DNA of 64,000 bases from positions 1-64,000 of the forward strand of contig JAURAC010000018.1 of NCBI GenBank assembly GCA_030586555.1, given 5' to 3'. Each line of letters opens with the position of its first letter. The first letter of the stretch is position 1. The notes beneath the pieces are model-generated. The model was not told the DNA's origin and searched no databases. It saw only the letters and a program-made list of their open reading frames with translations. The DNA comes from Candidatus Subterrananammoxibius californiae. GTDB taxonomy: Bacteria > Planctomycetota > Brocadiia > Brocadiales > Subterrananammoxibiaceae. Position numbers and translations under genes: made by a program. Positions 17,474 to 26,889 of this stretch are shown here, piece after piece.

Positions 17474-19813
17474 TTAGCCTCCATCCTTGGTCGTGGGTTC
17501 TTCTGAAGGTTGTAAACCCGTCGTTATTTGGGCGGGAAGTTTGCTGACCGTGTAATCACATTTGGGATAATTGCTGCAACCGTAAAAAAAGAAGGATTTT
17601 TTACCCTTTCTTGCCTTGCGCTGGACGAGTTCTCCACCACATCCTTCCTTAGGACACTTGATGCCTGTTGGCAGTGGTTTTATATTCCTGCATTTGGGAA
17701 AACCTGAGCAACCAAGGAATTTCCCCATTCTACTCGTTCTGACAATCATCGGACTTCCGCATTTTTCACATTTTTCTTCCGTTACCCGTGGTTTTCCATC
17801 GTCCGGTGCACCGCCAAGAGACTTTGTGTTTTTGCACTTAGGATAGCCAGAACAGGCGAGAAACTTGCCTCGCGAGCCGTTTCTAATAACCATCGGGTTT
17901 CCGCACTTTTCGCAGACCTGGTCAGTTTTCTCAGGTGACCCAAGCACTGCTTGGGTGCCCCGACGCGCTCCATTTGTGTCCAGTGGCATTGTATTTTTGC
18001 ATTTTGGGAAACCAGAACAGCCGAGGAACTTACCCGTTTTGCTCATCCTGACCACCATTGGCTTTCCACACAACTGGCATTTTTCATTGCTCTCCACAGG
18101 AGACTCCTTTATGCTTTTCATTTCTTTAAGCGCCCTGTCCAAATCAACCTTAAAGGGCCCATAAAAATCTTTGAGTGTTTTTATCCAGTCTTCCTTTGAC
18201 TCTTCAATCTTGTCTAATTGACTTTCCATCCGTGAGGTAAATTCTACATCAAGAATCTTGGGGAAGTGCTCTATTAACTTATCCGTAACTACAATACCAA
18301 GTTCAGTGGCATAGAATACCCTGTTCTCTTGCTTTACATAGCCACGTTCCTGGATTGTAGAAATAATCGCCGCATAAGTGCTTGGACGACCAATCCCCTT
18401 TTTCTCCAGCGCCTTAACGAGTGTTGCTTCTGAATACCTTGGAGGTGGTTGTGTGAAGTGTTGGGTTGGCGTAAGGCTGATTAATTCAAGCGATTGGCCT
18501 TCAGATAGGTTTGGCAGGCCTTGTTCGTCCTTGTCCAGTTCGGTACCAGAGAGTATTGTATGTCCAGCGAAGAGTAGCTCCCTGCCTTTTGCCTTGAAGA
18601 GGTACTTGCCTGCGCTGACTTCTACGTCTGTGACGGCGTATAAGGCAGGTGTCATCTGGCTTGCAACAAACCTGTTCCATATTAGCTCATAAAGTTTGTG
18701 TTGGTCTGCCGTCAGGTACGGTTTTAAGGAATCGGGTGTATACTCAACGTAGGTTGGGCGGATGGCTTCATGTGCACCCTGTGCGCCTTTTCTTTGTGCA
18801 TAGACATTGGGTTTGTCAGGAAGGTAATCCTTACCGTAACTTTTTGAGATTAACGTGCGGCACGATGTGATAGCCTGCTCAGCCACTCGAAATGAATCCG
18901 TTCTCATATACGTGATAAGCCCCGTTGAACCTTCTTTTCCAATCTCTACGCCCTCATACAATTGTTGTGCAATCTGCATAGTTCTCTTGGCGCTCATCCT
19001 TAGCCTTATAGATGCCTGTTGCTGCAGAAGGCTCGTGATAAAGGGTGGCGGGGGCTGATTGACCTTTTTTTGCTTTTTGATACTGGAAACAATGTAATGC
19101 GCCCCATTCAGGTCATTTACAATAGTCGTTGCTTGGGCTTCATTATGTATCTTTACGTCTTCCTCTCCAATCCTGAATAGGAGGGACGCAAAGCTTTGTG
19201 TATCTCCATTCGTGATTGGCTTTAGTTCTGCGGTAATCTTCCAGTATTCTTCGGGTTTAAAGGCTTTAATCTCTTTTTCTCGTTCAACAATAAGCCTGAC
19301 GGCAACGGATTGTACACGGCCAGCGCTAAGCCCCTTTGTCACTTTCTTCCATAGTAACGGGCTAATCTGATAGCCTACCAATCTGTCAAGTATCCTGCGG
19401 GCTTGCTGGGCATTAACCTTGTTCATGTCTATTGAGCCGGGGTTCTTAAAGGCATCCTGGACTGCACTCCTGGTAATCTCATTAAATGTTACACGATGTA
19501 CCTTATCATCAGGTATTTTAAGAACTTCGTAGAGATGCCAGGCAATAGCCTCACCTTCCCTATCAGGGTCGGGAGCCAGATATACTGCATTGGCATTCTT
19601 TACGTTCTTACGTAGCTCGTTGACTACATCTTTACGTGTAGGGAGAATTTCGTACATGGGCGTAAAGTCATGCTCAATATCAACGGCTAATTTTTTTGCA
19701 GGCAAATCCCTGACATGTCCCATCGAGGAACAAACGGCGTAAGAAGAACCCAAAAACTTATTAATAGTCTTTGCCTTCGTAGGAGATTCAACTATAACTA
19801 TTGATTTACCCAT
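17474..19813 (-). CDS. topA: DNA topoisomerase I with C-terminal zinc ribbons
   Basis: IVESPTKAKTI, DPDREGEAIAWH, SAGRVQS, ITYMRTDS, GIGRPSTYA, repeated C4 ribbons; start set at MGKS. Confidence 0.98.
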   Translation of the reverse strand: MGKSIVIVESPTKAKTINKFLGSSYAVCSSMGHVRDLPAKKLAVDIEHDFTPMYEILPTRKDVVNELRKNVKNANAVYLAPDPDREGEAIAWHLYEVLKIPDDKVHRVTFNEITRSAVQDAFKNPGSIDMNKVNAQQARRILDRLVGYQISPLLWKKVTKGLSAGRVQSVAVRLIVEREKEIKAFKPEEYWKITAELKPITNGDTQSFASLLFRIGEEDVKIHNEAQATTIVNDLNGAHYIVSSIKKQKKVNQPPPPFITSLLQQQASIRLRMSAKRTMQIAQQLYEGVEIGKEGSTGLITYMRTDSFRVAEQAITSCRTLISKSYGKDYLPDKPNVYAQRKGAQGAHEAIRPTYVEYTPDSLKPYLTADQHKLYELIWNRFVASQMTPALYAVTDVEVSAGKYLFKAKGRELLFAGHTILSGTELDKDEQGLPNLSEGQSLELISLTPTQHFTQPPPRYSEATLVKALEKKGIGRPSTYAAIISTIQERGYVKQENRVFYATELGIVVTDKLIEHFPKILDVEFTSRMESQLDKIEESKEDWIKTLKDFYGPFKVDLDRALKEMKSIKESPVESNEKCQLCGKPMVVRMSKTGKFLGCSGFPKCKNTMPLDTNGARRGTQAVLGSPEKTDQVCEKCGNPMVIRNGSRGKFLACSGYPKCKNTKSLGGAPDDGKPRVTEEKCEKCGSPMIVRTSRMGKFLGCSGFPKCRNIKPLPTGIKCPKEGCGGELVQRKARKGKKSFFFYGCSNYPKCDYTVSKLPAQITTGLQPSEEPTTKDGG

Positions 19814-20190
19814 AAACAAGTCCATAAAAAGAAGTTGATAGATGTTAGGTGATAGGTCATAGTCATCTGGTAATGAAGCTCATAACCTATTACCTATAAC
19901 CTATCGGGGTATTTAGTGTCAAGTGTTTTTTTGTTTGGGCTCTGAGAAACAATTGATTTGTTGAACTCTTTTATTTATCGTTTTTTCTTTTTGTTTTTAT
20001 CCAGTGACGCTTTAAACCCCCGCTTTTTTGCTCTCAAAGAAGGAATCAAAATAGTTTATGATTTCTTATCATGTTTAACACCACTATCTTAGGACTATGC
20101 TATTGACTTTTTGTCTTTTCCTAAAGTATATTGAAGCCTGCTTGCATTTTTGAAATAAAACGAGGGCATTTGGTGGGGATTCGAGATTCC

Positions 20191-23100
20191 ATGACAAACA
20201 GTAATTTCGTGCACTTACACGTTCACAGTGAATACAGCCTGCTCGATGGGGCTTGCAGGATAGATGATTTGCTCGACATGGCTGTTTCGTTTAGTATGCC
20301 AGCTCTCGCTTTGACAGACCATGGGAATCTCTACGGGGCTATTGAATTTTACAGAAAGGCTGAAAGTAAGGGCGTAAAACCTATTATAGGTTATGAGGCA
20401 TACGTTGCTCCGGAAAGTATGCATAAAAAAGAGGCTACGACTCGTCCACAAGATGGGTTCCATGAAAAGGAGTTGCAATACCACTTAACGCTCCTTGTAC
20501 AAGATAGCACAGGTTACAAGAACCTCCTTAAGCTTGCGACTGCTGCCTATCTTGAGGGTTTCTACTATAAGCCCAGGGTAGATAAAGAAATTTTAAGCAA
20601 ACACTGTAAAGGCTTGATAGCCTTGAGTGGATGTATGAAATCTGAAATAAACCGTGACCTTTCAAAAGGCTCTTATGACGGGGCATTGAAGGCTGCCAAC
20701 GAGTATAAAGACATCTTCGGCGCCGATAACTTCTTCATCGAGATTCAGGATAACGGAATCGAGGAGCAGAAAAGTCTTGTTACGTCTGCAGGGAGGATTG
20801 GCAAGGAATTGGGAATTCCTTTAGTCGCCACTAATGACATCCATTACATGCTGCCAGAAGACTCAAAGGCGCACGACGTCCTTTTATGTATTAACACAGG
20901 TAAAACCCTTCAGGACACCAAACGGTTACACTTTGCAACAAATCAGTTCTACTTCAAATCCCCCACCGAAATGGAGACTATCTTTAAAGACTTTCCCCAA
21001 GCCATTGGAAACACTACCGAGATAATGAGAAGATGCAATCTAAGACTTGAATTTGGTAAGATGCACCTGCCCAGGTTTATTCCGCCCTGTGGCTTTACGA
21101 ATCAAGAATACCTCCAAAAAATATGCAAGGAAGGGGCGCTAAAAAGATATGGGAGAATAGATGAAACAATCGGTAATCGTCTGAACCATGAACTTAACGT
21201 AATTGAGAACACGGGTTTTGCCGATTACTTCCTCATTGTCTGGGATTTTATAAACTTTGCCATTCAAAATCACATCCCAGCCACAGGACGAGGCTCAGGG
21301 GCTGGCAGCCTTGTTGCTTATGTGCTTGGGATAACCAACGTTGACCCGATTGAAAACGACCTTCTTTTTGAGCGGTTCCTTAACTCGGAAAGAATAAGTA
21401 TGCCTGACCTCGATATTGATTTCTGTGCAGAAGGAAGGGAAAAGGTTATTCAATATGTTAAGGAGAAATACGGCGGCGACAACAAAGTTGCCCAGATAAT
21501 TACCTTTGGCACAATGAAGGCAAAGGCGGTAATCCGTGACGTAGGTCGCGTAATGGGGATACCGCTTTCTGAGGTTGACTCAATTGCCAGACTCATCCCG
21601 GCAAACCCAGGCATTACCCTCGAACAGGCGCTTGAACAAGAATCAAGACTAAAGACGCGTTATGAAAAGGATGCGCATATTCGGGAGCTATTCAATATAT
21701 CACGAAGACTTGAGGGACTTTGCAGACACGCATCCACACATGCCGCAGGGGTAGTAATCGCTGATGAACCACTTACAGAGTATGTCCCGCTGGCTAAAAA
21801 TGGCGATGTTGTTACAACCCAATTTGACGATGTTACACTGGTAGAGCAAATCGGCTTACTCAAAGCAGATTTCCTCGGTGTACGAAAGCTTACAGTAATT
21901 GATAAGACGCTTAAATTAATTAAGGAAGGCATTGTCCTGAGCTCAGCCGAAGGGACGCCCATTAATAATGGGCATGGAAAGGAAATTAATATTTCAGAGA
22001 TTCCTTTTGATGACAAACCAACTTACGAATTGTTAGGTCGTGGCGATGTTAGAGGAGTATTCCAGGTGGAAACCAGTCGCGGGTTTAAGGAGATATTTAA
22101 GAGACTAAAACCCGACAGATTTTCAGACATCATGGCACTGCTTGCACTTTATAGACCCGGACCACTCCAGAGTGGAATGGTGGATTCGTTTATTAACCGC
22201 CGGCATGGCAAAGAAGAAGTTGCCTATCTGCATCCCAGCCTCGAACCTATCCTCAAAGAGACTTACGGCATAATACTTTACCAGGAGCAGGTAATGCGGA
22301 TTGCAAACAGGCTGGCAGGATTCTCACTGAACAAGGCAGATAATCTGCGTAAAGCTATGGGCAAGAAGAAGCCAGAGGTCATGGCAAAGTTTAAGGACGA
22401 ATTTATTCAGGGGGCTATTCAAAATGGGATTCCTGCAGAGATTGCTCAGCAGATTTTTGAATTGATGGAATATTTCGCAGGCTACGGGTTTAACAAGTCC
22501 CATTCTGCCGCATACGCCGTTATCACGTATCAAACTGCCCACCTGAAGGCTAATTATCCCACTCAATACATGGTTGCACAGATGAGTTGTGAGAAGCAAA
22601 ATACTGAAAAAATAATGGGCTACCTGGAGGATTGTCGTCGAATGGGCATCGAGGTTCTGCCACCCAGCATAAATGAAAGCCATTCGGATTTTACTATTGT
22701 GACAGAGAAAAAGCTCAGGTTCGGTCTCGGGGCAATTAAGAATGTGGGTGAAAAGGGAATTGAATCAATTCTTGAAGCTCGTGAGGAAGATGGCAAGTTT
22801 TTATCTCTTTACGACCTTTGTAGTAGGGTGGACCTTCGGGTGGTTAATAAGCAGGTGCTCGAAAGTCTTATCAAATCAGGTTGCTTTGATTCCTTGCCGG
22901 GGCACCGTGCCCAACTTCTAACAGTTCTTGATTCGGCGCTCAAAATAGGGGCTATAATGCGCCAGAATAAAGATACCGGACAGATGAGCCTCTTTGGAGA
23001 TTCCAGGGATTTAGATAGCAAATCAATTATTGGAGAAACGCTACCCCAGGTAGAACCATGGTCTCAAAAAGATACCCTCAAGGTGGAAAAGGAAACTCTC

Positions 23101-23763
23101 GGGTTTTATGTGACCTCACATCCATTATCAAGACTTAAAGAGATTGTCATGAGATATTCCAGCACGTCTTCTGCAGACTTACAGGAACTCACGGATGGTG
23201 AAGAGGTCTTGCTTGGCGGTGTTATAACGTCTGTTAGGAATAGTATTACAAAGAATGGGGACCCTATAGCCTATATTACAATCGAAGACCTCGATGGCAC
23301 TGTAGAGTGTGTGTTGTTTAAGAGACAATTGTTAGAATTTAGCACGCTGCTCAATCAGGATGAAATAGTATTCGTGCGAGGGCATTTAAACAAGTTGAAC
23401 GAAACCCCCTCAATCAGAATTTCTGAGATAATTCCTGTAAAAGATGTACATAAAAAAGTAACATGGATAACAACGATAAGACTTAACTGCACAGAGCACG
23501 AAGAAGGAATGCTTGACCGCCTCCGAGAGATTCTTTTAGCTAATGCCTGTCCGCCATCTGTTGGGCGGGAAGGTTCCTGCCCTGTATTCATTGACGTAGT
23601 AATCAGGGATAAGTTTCATGTCACCATAAAACTCCCCAGAGCATTCTCCATCTCTCCAACAGAAAGGATTTACAAGGAAATTGACGACCTTTTAGGCGAG
23701 GGACACCTGACGTTAAGCCCGCTAAAGAATGGGAATCGAATAGGCAAAGGTTCAATACATTGA
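20191..23763 (+). CDS. dnaE: DNA polymerase III alpha subunit
   Basis: PHP HLHVHSEYSLLDG, GRGSGAGS, MPDLDIDF, YGFNKSH, OB fold; no intein seen; start set at MTNS (20191). Confidence 0.98.
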   Translation: MTNSNFVHLHVHSEYSLLDGACRIDDLLDMAVSFSMPALALTDHGNLYGAIEFYRKAESKGVKPIIGYEAYVAPESMHKKEATTRPQDGFHEKELQYHLTLLVQDSTGYKNLLKLATAAYLEGFYYKPRVDKEILSKHCKGLIALSGCMKSEINRDLSKGSYDGALKAANEYKDIFGADNFFIEIQDNGIEEQKSLVTSAGRIGKELGIPLVATNDIHYMLPEDSKAHDVLLCINTGKTLQDTKRLHFATNQFYFKSPTEMETIFKDFPQAIGNTTEIMRRCNLRLEFGKMHLPRFIPPCGFTNQEYLQKICKEGALKRYGRIDETIGNRLNHELNVIENTGFADYFLIVWDFINFAIQNHIPATGRGSGAGSLVAYVLGITNVDPIENDLLFERFLNSERISMPDLDIDFCAEGREKVIQYVKEKYGGDNKVAQIITFGTMKAKAVIRDVGRVMGIPLSEVDSIARLIPANPGITLEQALEQESRLKTRYEKDAHIRELFNISRRLEGLCRHASTHAAGVVIADEPLTEYVPLAKNGDVVTTQFDDVTLVEQIGLLKADFLGVRKLTVIDKTLKLIKEGIVLSSAEGTPINNGHGKEINISEIPFDDKPTYELLGRGDVRGVFQVETSRGFKEIFKRLKPDRFSDIMALLALYRPGPLQSGMVDSFINRRHGKEEVAYLHPSLEPILKETYGIILYQEQVMRIANRLAGFSLNKADNLRKAMGKKKPEVMAKFKDEFIQGAIQNGIPAEIAQQIFELMEYFAGYGFNKSHSAAYAVITYQTAHLKANYPTQYMVAQMSCEKQNTEKIMGYLEDCRRMGIEVLPPSINESHSDFTIVTEKKLRFGLGAIKNVGEKGIESILEAREEDGKFLSLYDLCSRVDLRVVNKQVLESLIKSGCFDSLPGHRAQLLTVLDSALKIGAIMRQNKDTGQMSLFGDSRDLDSKSIIGETLPQVEPWSQKDTLKVEKETLGFYVTSHPLSRLKEIVMRYSSTSSADLQELTDGEEVLLGGVITSVRNSITKNGDPIAYITIEDLDGTVECVLFKRQLLEFSTLLNQDEIVFVRGHLNKLNETPSIRISEIIPVKDVHKKVTWITTIRLNCTEHEEGMLDRLREILLANACPPSVGREGSCPVFIDVVIRDKFHVTIKLPRAFSISPTERIYKEIDDLLGEGHLTLSPLKNGNRIGKGSIH

Positions 23764-23838
23764 ACCCCTACCTCCGCGTTATAGCGAACTGTCTGAGGCG
23801 GTAGACAACGATATTTAACATCATTGAAGGCAAGATTT

Positions 23839-24480
23839 CCCTCTCACCCTTCCCTCTCCCACGTGGGAGAGGATTAAGGCGAGGGGAAGAATCTCAAAAA
23901 TTTGCTAAAAATCCTTGACAAAGAAAAAATTGTTTGATATATATCCACACAGTTATTACGTCCAAACACATTAGCCCATAACAAGCAAAAGGAAGGAATG
24001 TTGGCAATGTATATATATTCTCTCTCTCTCTCTCGAAAGAGTAGGTCTTTTTGTTTTTCTAAAACCAATTTTTGTAGGGGCGAGGTCTCCTCGCCCTGTC
24101 TGCCTGAGGTGGATTACCCATTTTCCAACAAAGGGCTGGGACAAGCCCTGCCCCTACGTCACAAATTTTTCCCGATTCCAACAAGTTTTTTATCTCCCCT
24201 CAGCCTATCCCTCTCCCCAGAGGGGAGAGAGAATACACACCCCCTTCCCCCTCTTTTTAGAAGGGAGAAAAGAAGGGTTTACCCTCCATCAAGAGGGGAC
24301 ACATACATACAAGTTCCCCTCTATTAAGAGGGGATTAAGGGGTGTGTCTATGCAGAGAACTTGAGAAAGGAGGTGGTTACATAGCGTAAAATATTAAGTT
24401 ATCTATTGATGCAATGAGTGAATGGTTGTAGCGGTCAAAAATTTCATAAAATTTGTAGGGGCAGGGTTACCCTGCCCTAT
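23839..24480. repeat. Intergenic cluster of REP-like palindromes
   Basis: CCCTCTCCC-ACGT-GGGAGAGG, GTAGGGGCGAGG-TCT-CCTCGCCCT, AGGGCT..AGCCCTGCCCCTAC, ACACACCCCCTTCCCCCTCT..AGAAGGGAG, CCCCTCT-ATTA-AGAGGGG, GTAGGGGCAGGG-TTA-CCCTGCCCTA. Confidence 0.9.
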
Positions 24481-24499
24481 CTGATAAAAGGAGAACACA

Positions 24500-25075
24500 A
24501 TGAAAAGACATAAAATAATCGGTTTATTATTACTGGGCGCTTTTATATTCACTATGGGGTTCAATGCGCCTGCCTTTGCCCTCGACAAATTAAATACAAC
24601 GAAGCTTTTCAACGAACTGGACGGCAAGCCGTCTTCGTGGTATAAGAAACTGCCTGCGTCTCAGCGGTTTAAACTGGTATTGGACGGTGAGGCAGTTCTG
24701 GACCTGGAGACAGGGCTAGTTTGGGAAAGGTCGCCAAATACTGATACAATGGACTGGTATGCTGCAATCTACCACTGCTACAACAATGTTGTTGGTGGTC
24801 GTAGAGGGTGGAGGCTGCCTACGATTGAGGAGCTGGAAAGCCTAATTGATTCGACACAGGGTCCCCCTACCCTTCCTGCCGGTCATCCCTTTCTCAATGT
24901 GCAGTCGTCCGTCTACTGGTCGGCTACCACCCTTGCCGGCATTGCCAGTAACGCTTGGCGCGTGAGCTTCGGCGGTGGTGACTTGGACGGCAACGGCGAA
25001 GAGAAGTCCTTCACCTCCTATGTTTGGTGCGTGCGAGGTGGACAGGGATATGACGGCGGTCACAATCATGATTGA
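24500..25075 (+). CDS. Secreted DUF1566 (Lcl C-terminal, C-type-lectin-like fold) protein; candidate DGR target
   Basis: Signal peptide (AFA), VLDLETGLVWE, GWRLPTIEEL, YWSAT, AWRVSF, YVWCVRGG; AGGAG RBS. Confidence 0.85.
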   Translation: MKRHKIIGLLLLGAFIFTMGFNAPAFALDKLNTTKLFNELDGKPSSWYKKLPASQRFKLVLDGEAVLDLETGLVWERSPNTDTMDWYAAIYHCYNNVVGGRRGWRLPTIEELESLIDSTQGPPTLPAGHPFLNVQSSVYWSATTLAGIASNAWRVSFGGGDLDGNGEEKSFTSYVWCVRGGQGYDGGHNHD

Positions 25076-25100
25076 TTTGGTGATTTGAATAAAAAATGGG

Positions 25101-25173
25101 CAAAGAGGCAAAAAGGTAAAAAGGCTAAAAGGTTAAGAGGCTAAGAGGTTAAGAGGTGAAAAGGTTAAAAGGC
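25101..25173. repeat. Degenerate octamer tandem array (AA[A/G]AGG-based)
   Basis: caaagagg caaaaagg taaaaagg ctaaaagg ttaagagg ctaagagg ttaagagg tgaaaagg ttaaaagg; related arrays at 428-490, 17360-17476, 39345-39386. Confidence 0.85.
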
Positions 25174-25183
25174 AAATATAATG

Positions 25184-25452
25184 AGATTCTTCGTCCGCTT
25201 TAGGCGGACTTAGAATGAGAGGAAGGTAAATACACACCCCTTAATCCCCTCTTTATAGAGGGGAAAGGGGCGATAGAAATGCGATTGCTTCGCGGAGTTT
25301 ACCCTGAGCGTGAAGAGGAGATTCTTCGCTACGCTCAGAATGACAAGCGAAGGGCTCGCAATGACATGCTTATTGTCATTGCGAGGGGCGTTAGCGATGA
25401 AGCAATCTCCTCGTGAGATTCTTCGTCCGCCTTAGGCGGACTCAGAATGACA
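25184..25452. repeat. Intergenic cluster of nested REP-like elements
   Basis: Two GAGATTCTTCGTCCGC..AGGCGGACT.AGAATGA copies, ACACACCCC..CCCCTCT..AGAGGGG, a triple-nested GATTGCTTCG..CTCGCAATGAC, and GTCATTGCGAG..GAAGCAATCTC. Confidence 0.9.
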
Positions 25453-25472
25453 GGAAGTGAGAGGCTCTGATT

Positions 25473-26177
25473 TTAAAGCAAGTATGGGATTGTATCCTTT
25501 ACCCCCGCATCGGAAAACGCCGTTAATCTTAAGACACAGCTATGACACTTGCCGCAGGCGACATCATTATTTTTATAACATGACCAGGTAAGGTGTAAGG
25601 GCGCATTAACCGAAATGCCCTTTTTGACAATCTCGGTTTTACTCATTCCTATCAATGGCGTTACAACCTTTATATGTGTTTCTGGTTTTGTGCCTACCTC
25701 TACGAGTTTATTGAATGCATCGTAAAAGACCTGCCTGCAGTCAGGATAACCCGGACTGTCCTGTTCCACAGCGCCGATGAATACAGCCTCTGCGCCAATA
25801 ACCTCCGCCCATGAGACTGCGATTGAAAGAAATTGTGCATTTCTAAATGGAACGTAAGTTGTGGGGATTTCGTTGTGTGTAGGGGCTGGTTTGAAACATG
25901 CCCCTACAATTAAGTTTGGAATGTCAATTTTTTTATCAGTCAGGCTGGAACCGCCGATTTTACTGAAGTAGTCGAGATTGGCTACAAGTCTTCTTTCTTC
26001 TGGCACGCCGTAATAGGAGGCAATATCTGTAAATGCCTTTAATTCTCTTTTTTCGGTACGCTGACCGTAATTGATATGAAGCAAGGCAAGGCTAAATTTT
26101 TCGTTTGCTACGGCTGTTGTTACACAGCTATCCATGCCGCCGCTTACCAGCGCTACGGCACTATCTTTTTTTAACAT
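25473..26177 (-). CDS. queC: 7-cyano-7-deazaguanine synthase
   Basis: SGGMDS, YGQR, TYVPFRN, GYPDCR, TWSCY..CGKCHSC; start set at MLKK (26177). Confidence 0.97.
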   Translation of the reverse strand: MLKKDSAVALVSGGMDSCVTTAVANEKFSLALLHINYGQRTEKRELKAFTDIASYYGVPEERRLVANLDYFSKIGGSSLTDKKIDIPNLIVGACFKPAPTHNEIPTTYVPFRNAQFLSIAVSWAEVIGAEAVFIGAVEQDSPGYPDCRQVFYDAFNKLVEVGTKPETHIKVVTPLIGMSKTEIVKKGISVNAPLHLTWSCYKNNDVACGKCHSCVLRLTAFSDAGVKDTIPYLL

Positions 26178-26188
26178 GGCATGTAATT

Positions 26189-26836
26189 TCAACGAGGTAA
26201 AACCTCGTTGTCTACCGTGGGCCAAATGTATTTGTGAATCTGGAGTTGCAGCCGAGCCTTCGAGTTATCTTCAATCAGCCATTCTGCGATTTCTTTAGGT
26301 TCGATACTACCAAAAGCAGGACTTATGAGTACCACTGCCGTATCTGTCAGCTTATAACGGTCTATAATCCCTTTTGCCCAGTTGTAATCCATCCTTGAAG
26401 AAACAACGAACTTCACTTCATCTGCGGGTCTCAATCTGTGTATATTATCCCAGTCCATCTTATCAGACATACCGCTATCAGGACATTTTATGTCCATTAT
26501 CCTGATTGCCCCGTATGGCAGGAGGTCTATGTTCAGGCTGCCATTTGTCTCCACAAGCACCTGATATTTTTTCCCCAATAAACTGTCTGCAAGGGTACGC
26601 GTATCATTTTGTAAAAGGGGCTCGCCGCCTGTAATTTCTACAAGATTACACCCAAGATTCTCTACTATGCGGATAACCTCCTCCAGAGACATTTCTGCTC
26701 CCTCCTCATAAGCATACGTTGTATCGCAAAAAGAACATCTCAGGTTACAGCATGACAAACGTACAAAGGTGCATGGTAATCCTGCAAAGGTAGATTCGCC
26801 CTGAATACTTTTAAAGATTTCGTTAACCTTTAACAT
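26189..26836 (-). CDS. queE: 7-carboxy-7-deazaguanine synthase (radical SAM)
   Basis: EIFKSIQGE, CNLRCSFCDT, ITGGEPL, ETNG, QIHKYIW; adjacent to queC. Confidence 0.93.
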   Translation of the reverse strand: MLKVNEIFKSIQGESTFAGLPCTFVRLSCCNLRCSFCDTTYAYEEGAEMSLEEVIRIVENLGCNLVEITGGEPLLQNDTRTLADSLLGKKYQVLVETNGSLNIDLLPYGAIRIMDIKCPDSGMSDKMDWDNIHRLRPADEVKFVVSSRMDYNWAKGIIDRYKLTDTAVVLISPAFGSIEPKEIAEWLIEDNSKARLQLQIHKYIWPTVDNEVLPR

Positions 26837-26847
26837 TTAATTGCCTG

Positions 26848-26876
26848 GTAGGGGCGACCCGCCGGGTCGCCCCTGC
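26848..26876. repeat. GTAG-type REP palindrome
   Basis: GTAGGGGCGACCC-GCC-GGGTCGCCCCTGC. Confidence 0.9.
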
Positions 26877-26889
26877 ATAATTCACTATA

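Noticed and set aside
20191..23763. Intein or intron in dnaE
   Set aside because: Length is normal and there are no intein splice motifs; the extra segments are short repeat-derived peptides.
23998..24327. 109-aa ORF
   Set aside because: It is a translation of stacked palindromic repeats; likely spurious.
23764..25472. Repeat clusters considered as a CRISPR array
   Set aside because: Units are heterogeneous palindromes without constant repeat and spacer periodicity, and no cas genes are present.
26178..26225. Longer N-termini given by the ORF track for queC (and korC 51060-51134, speY 11285-11314)
   Set aside because: The extensions start in or run through repeat elements; downstream ATGs match the family starts better.
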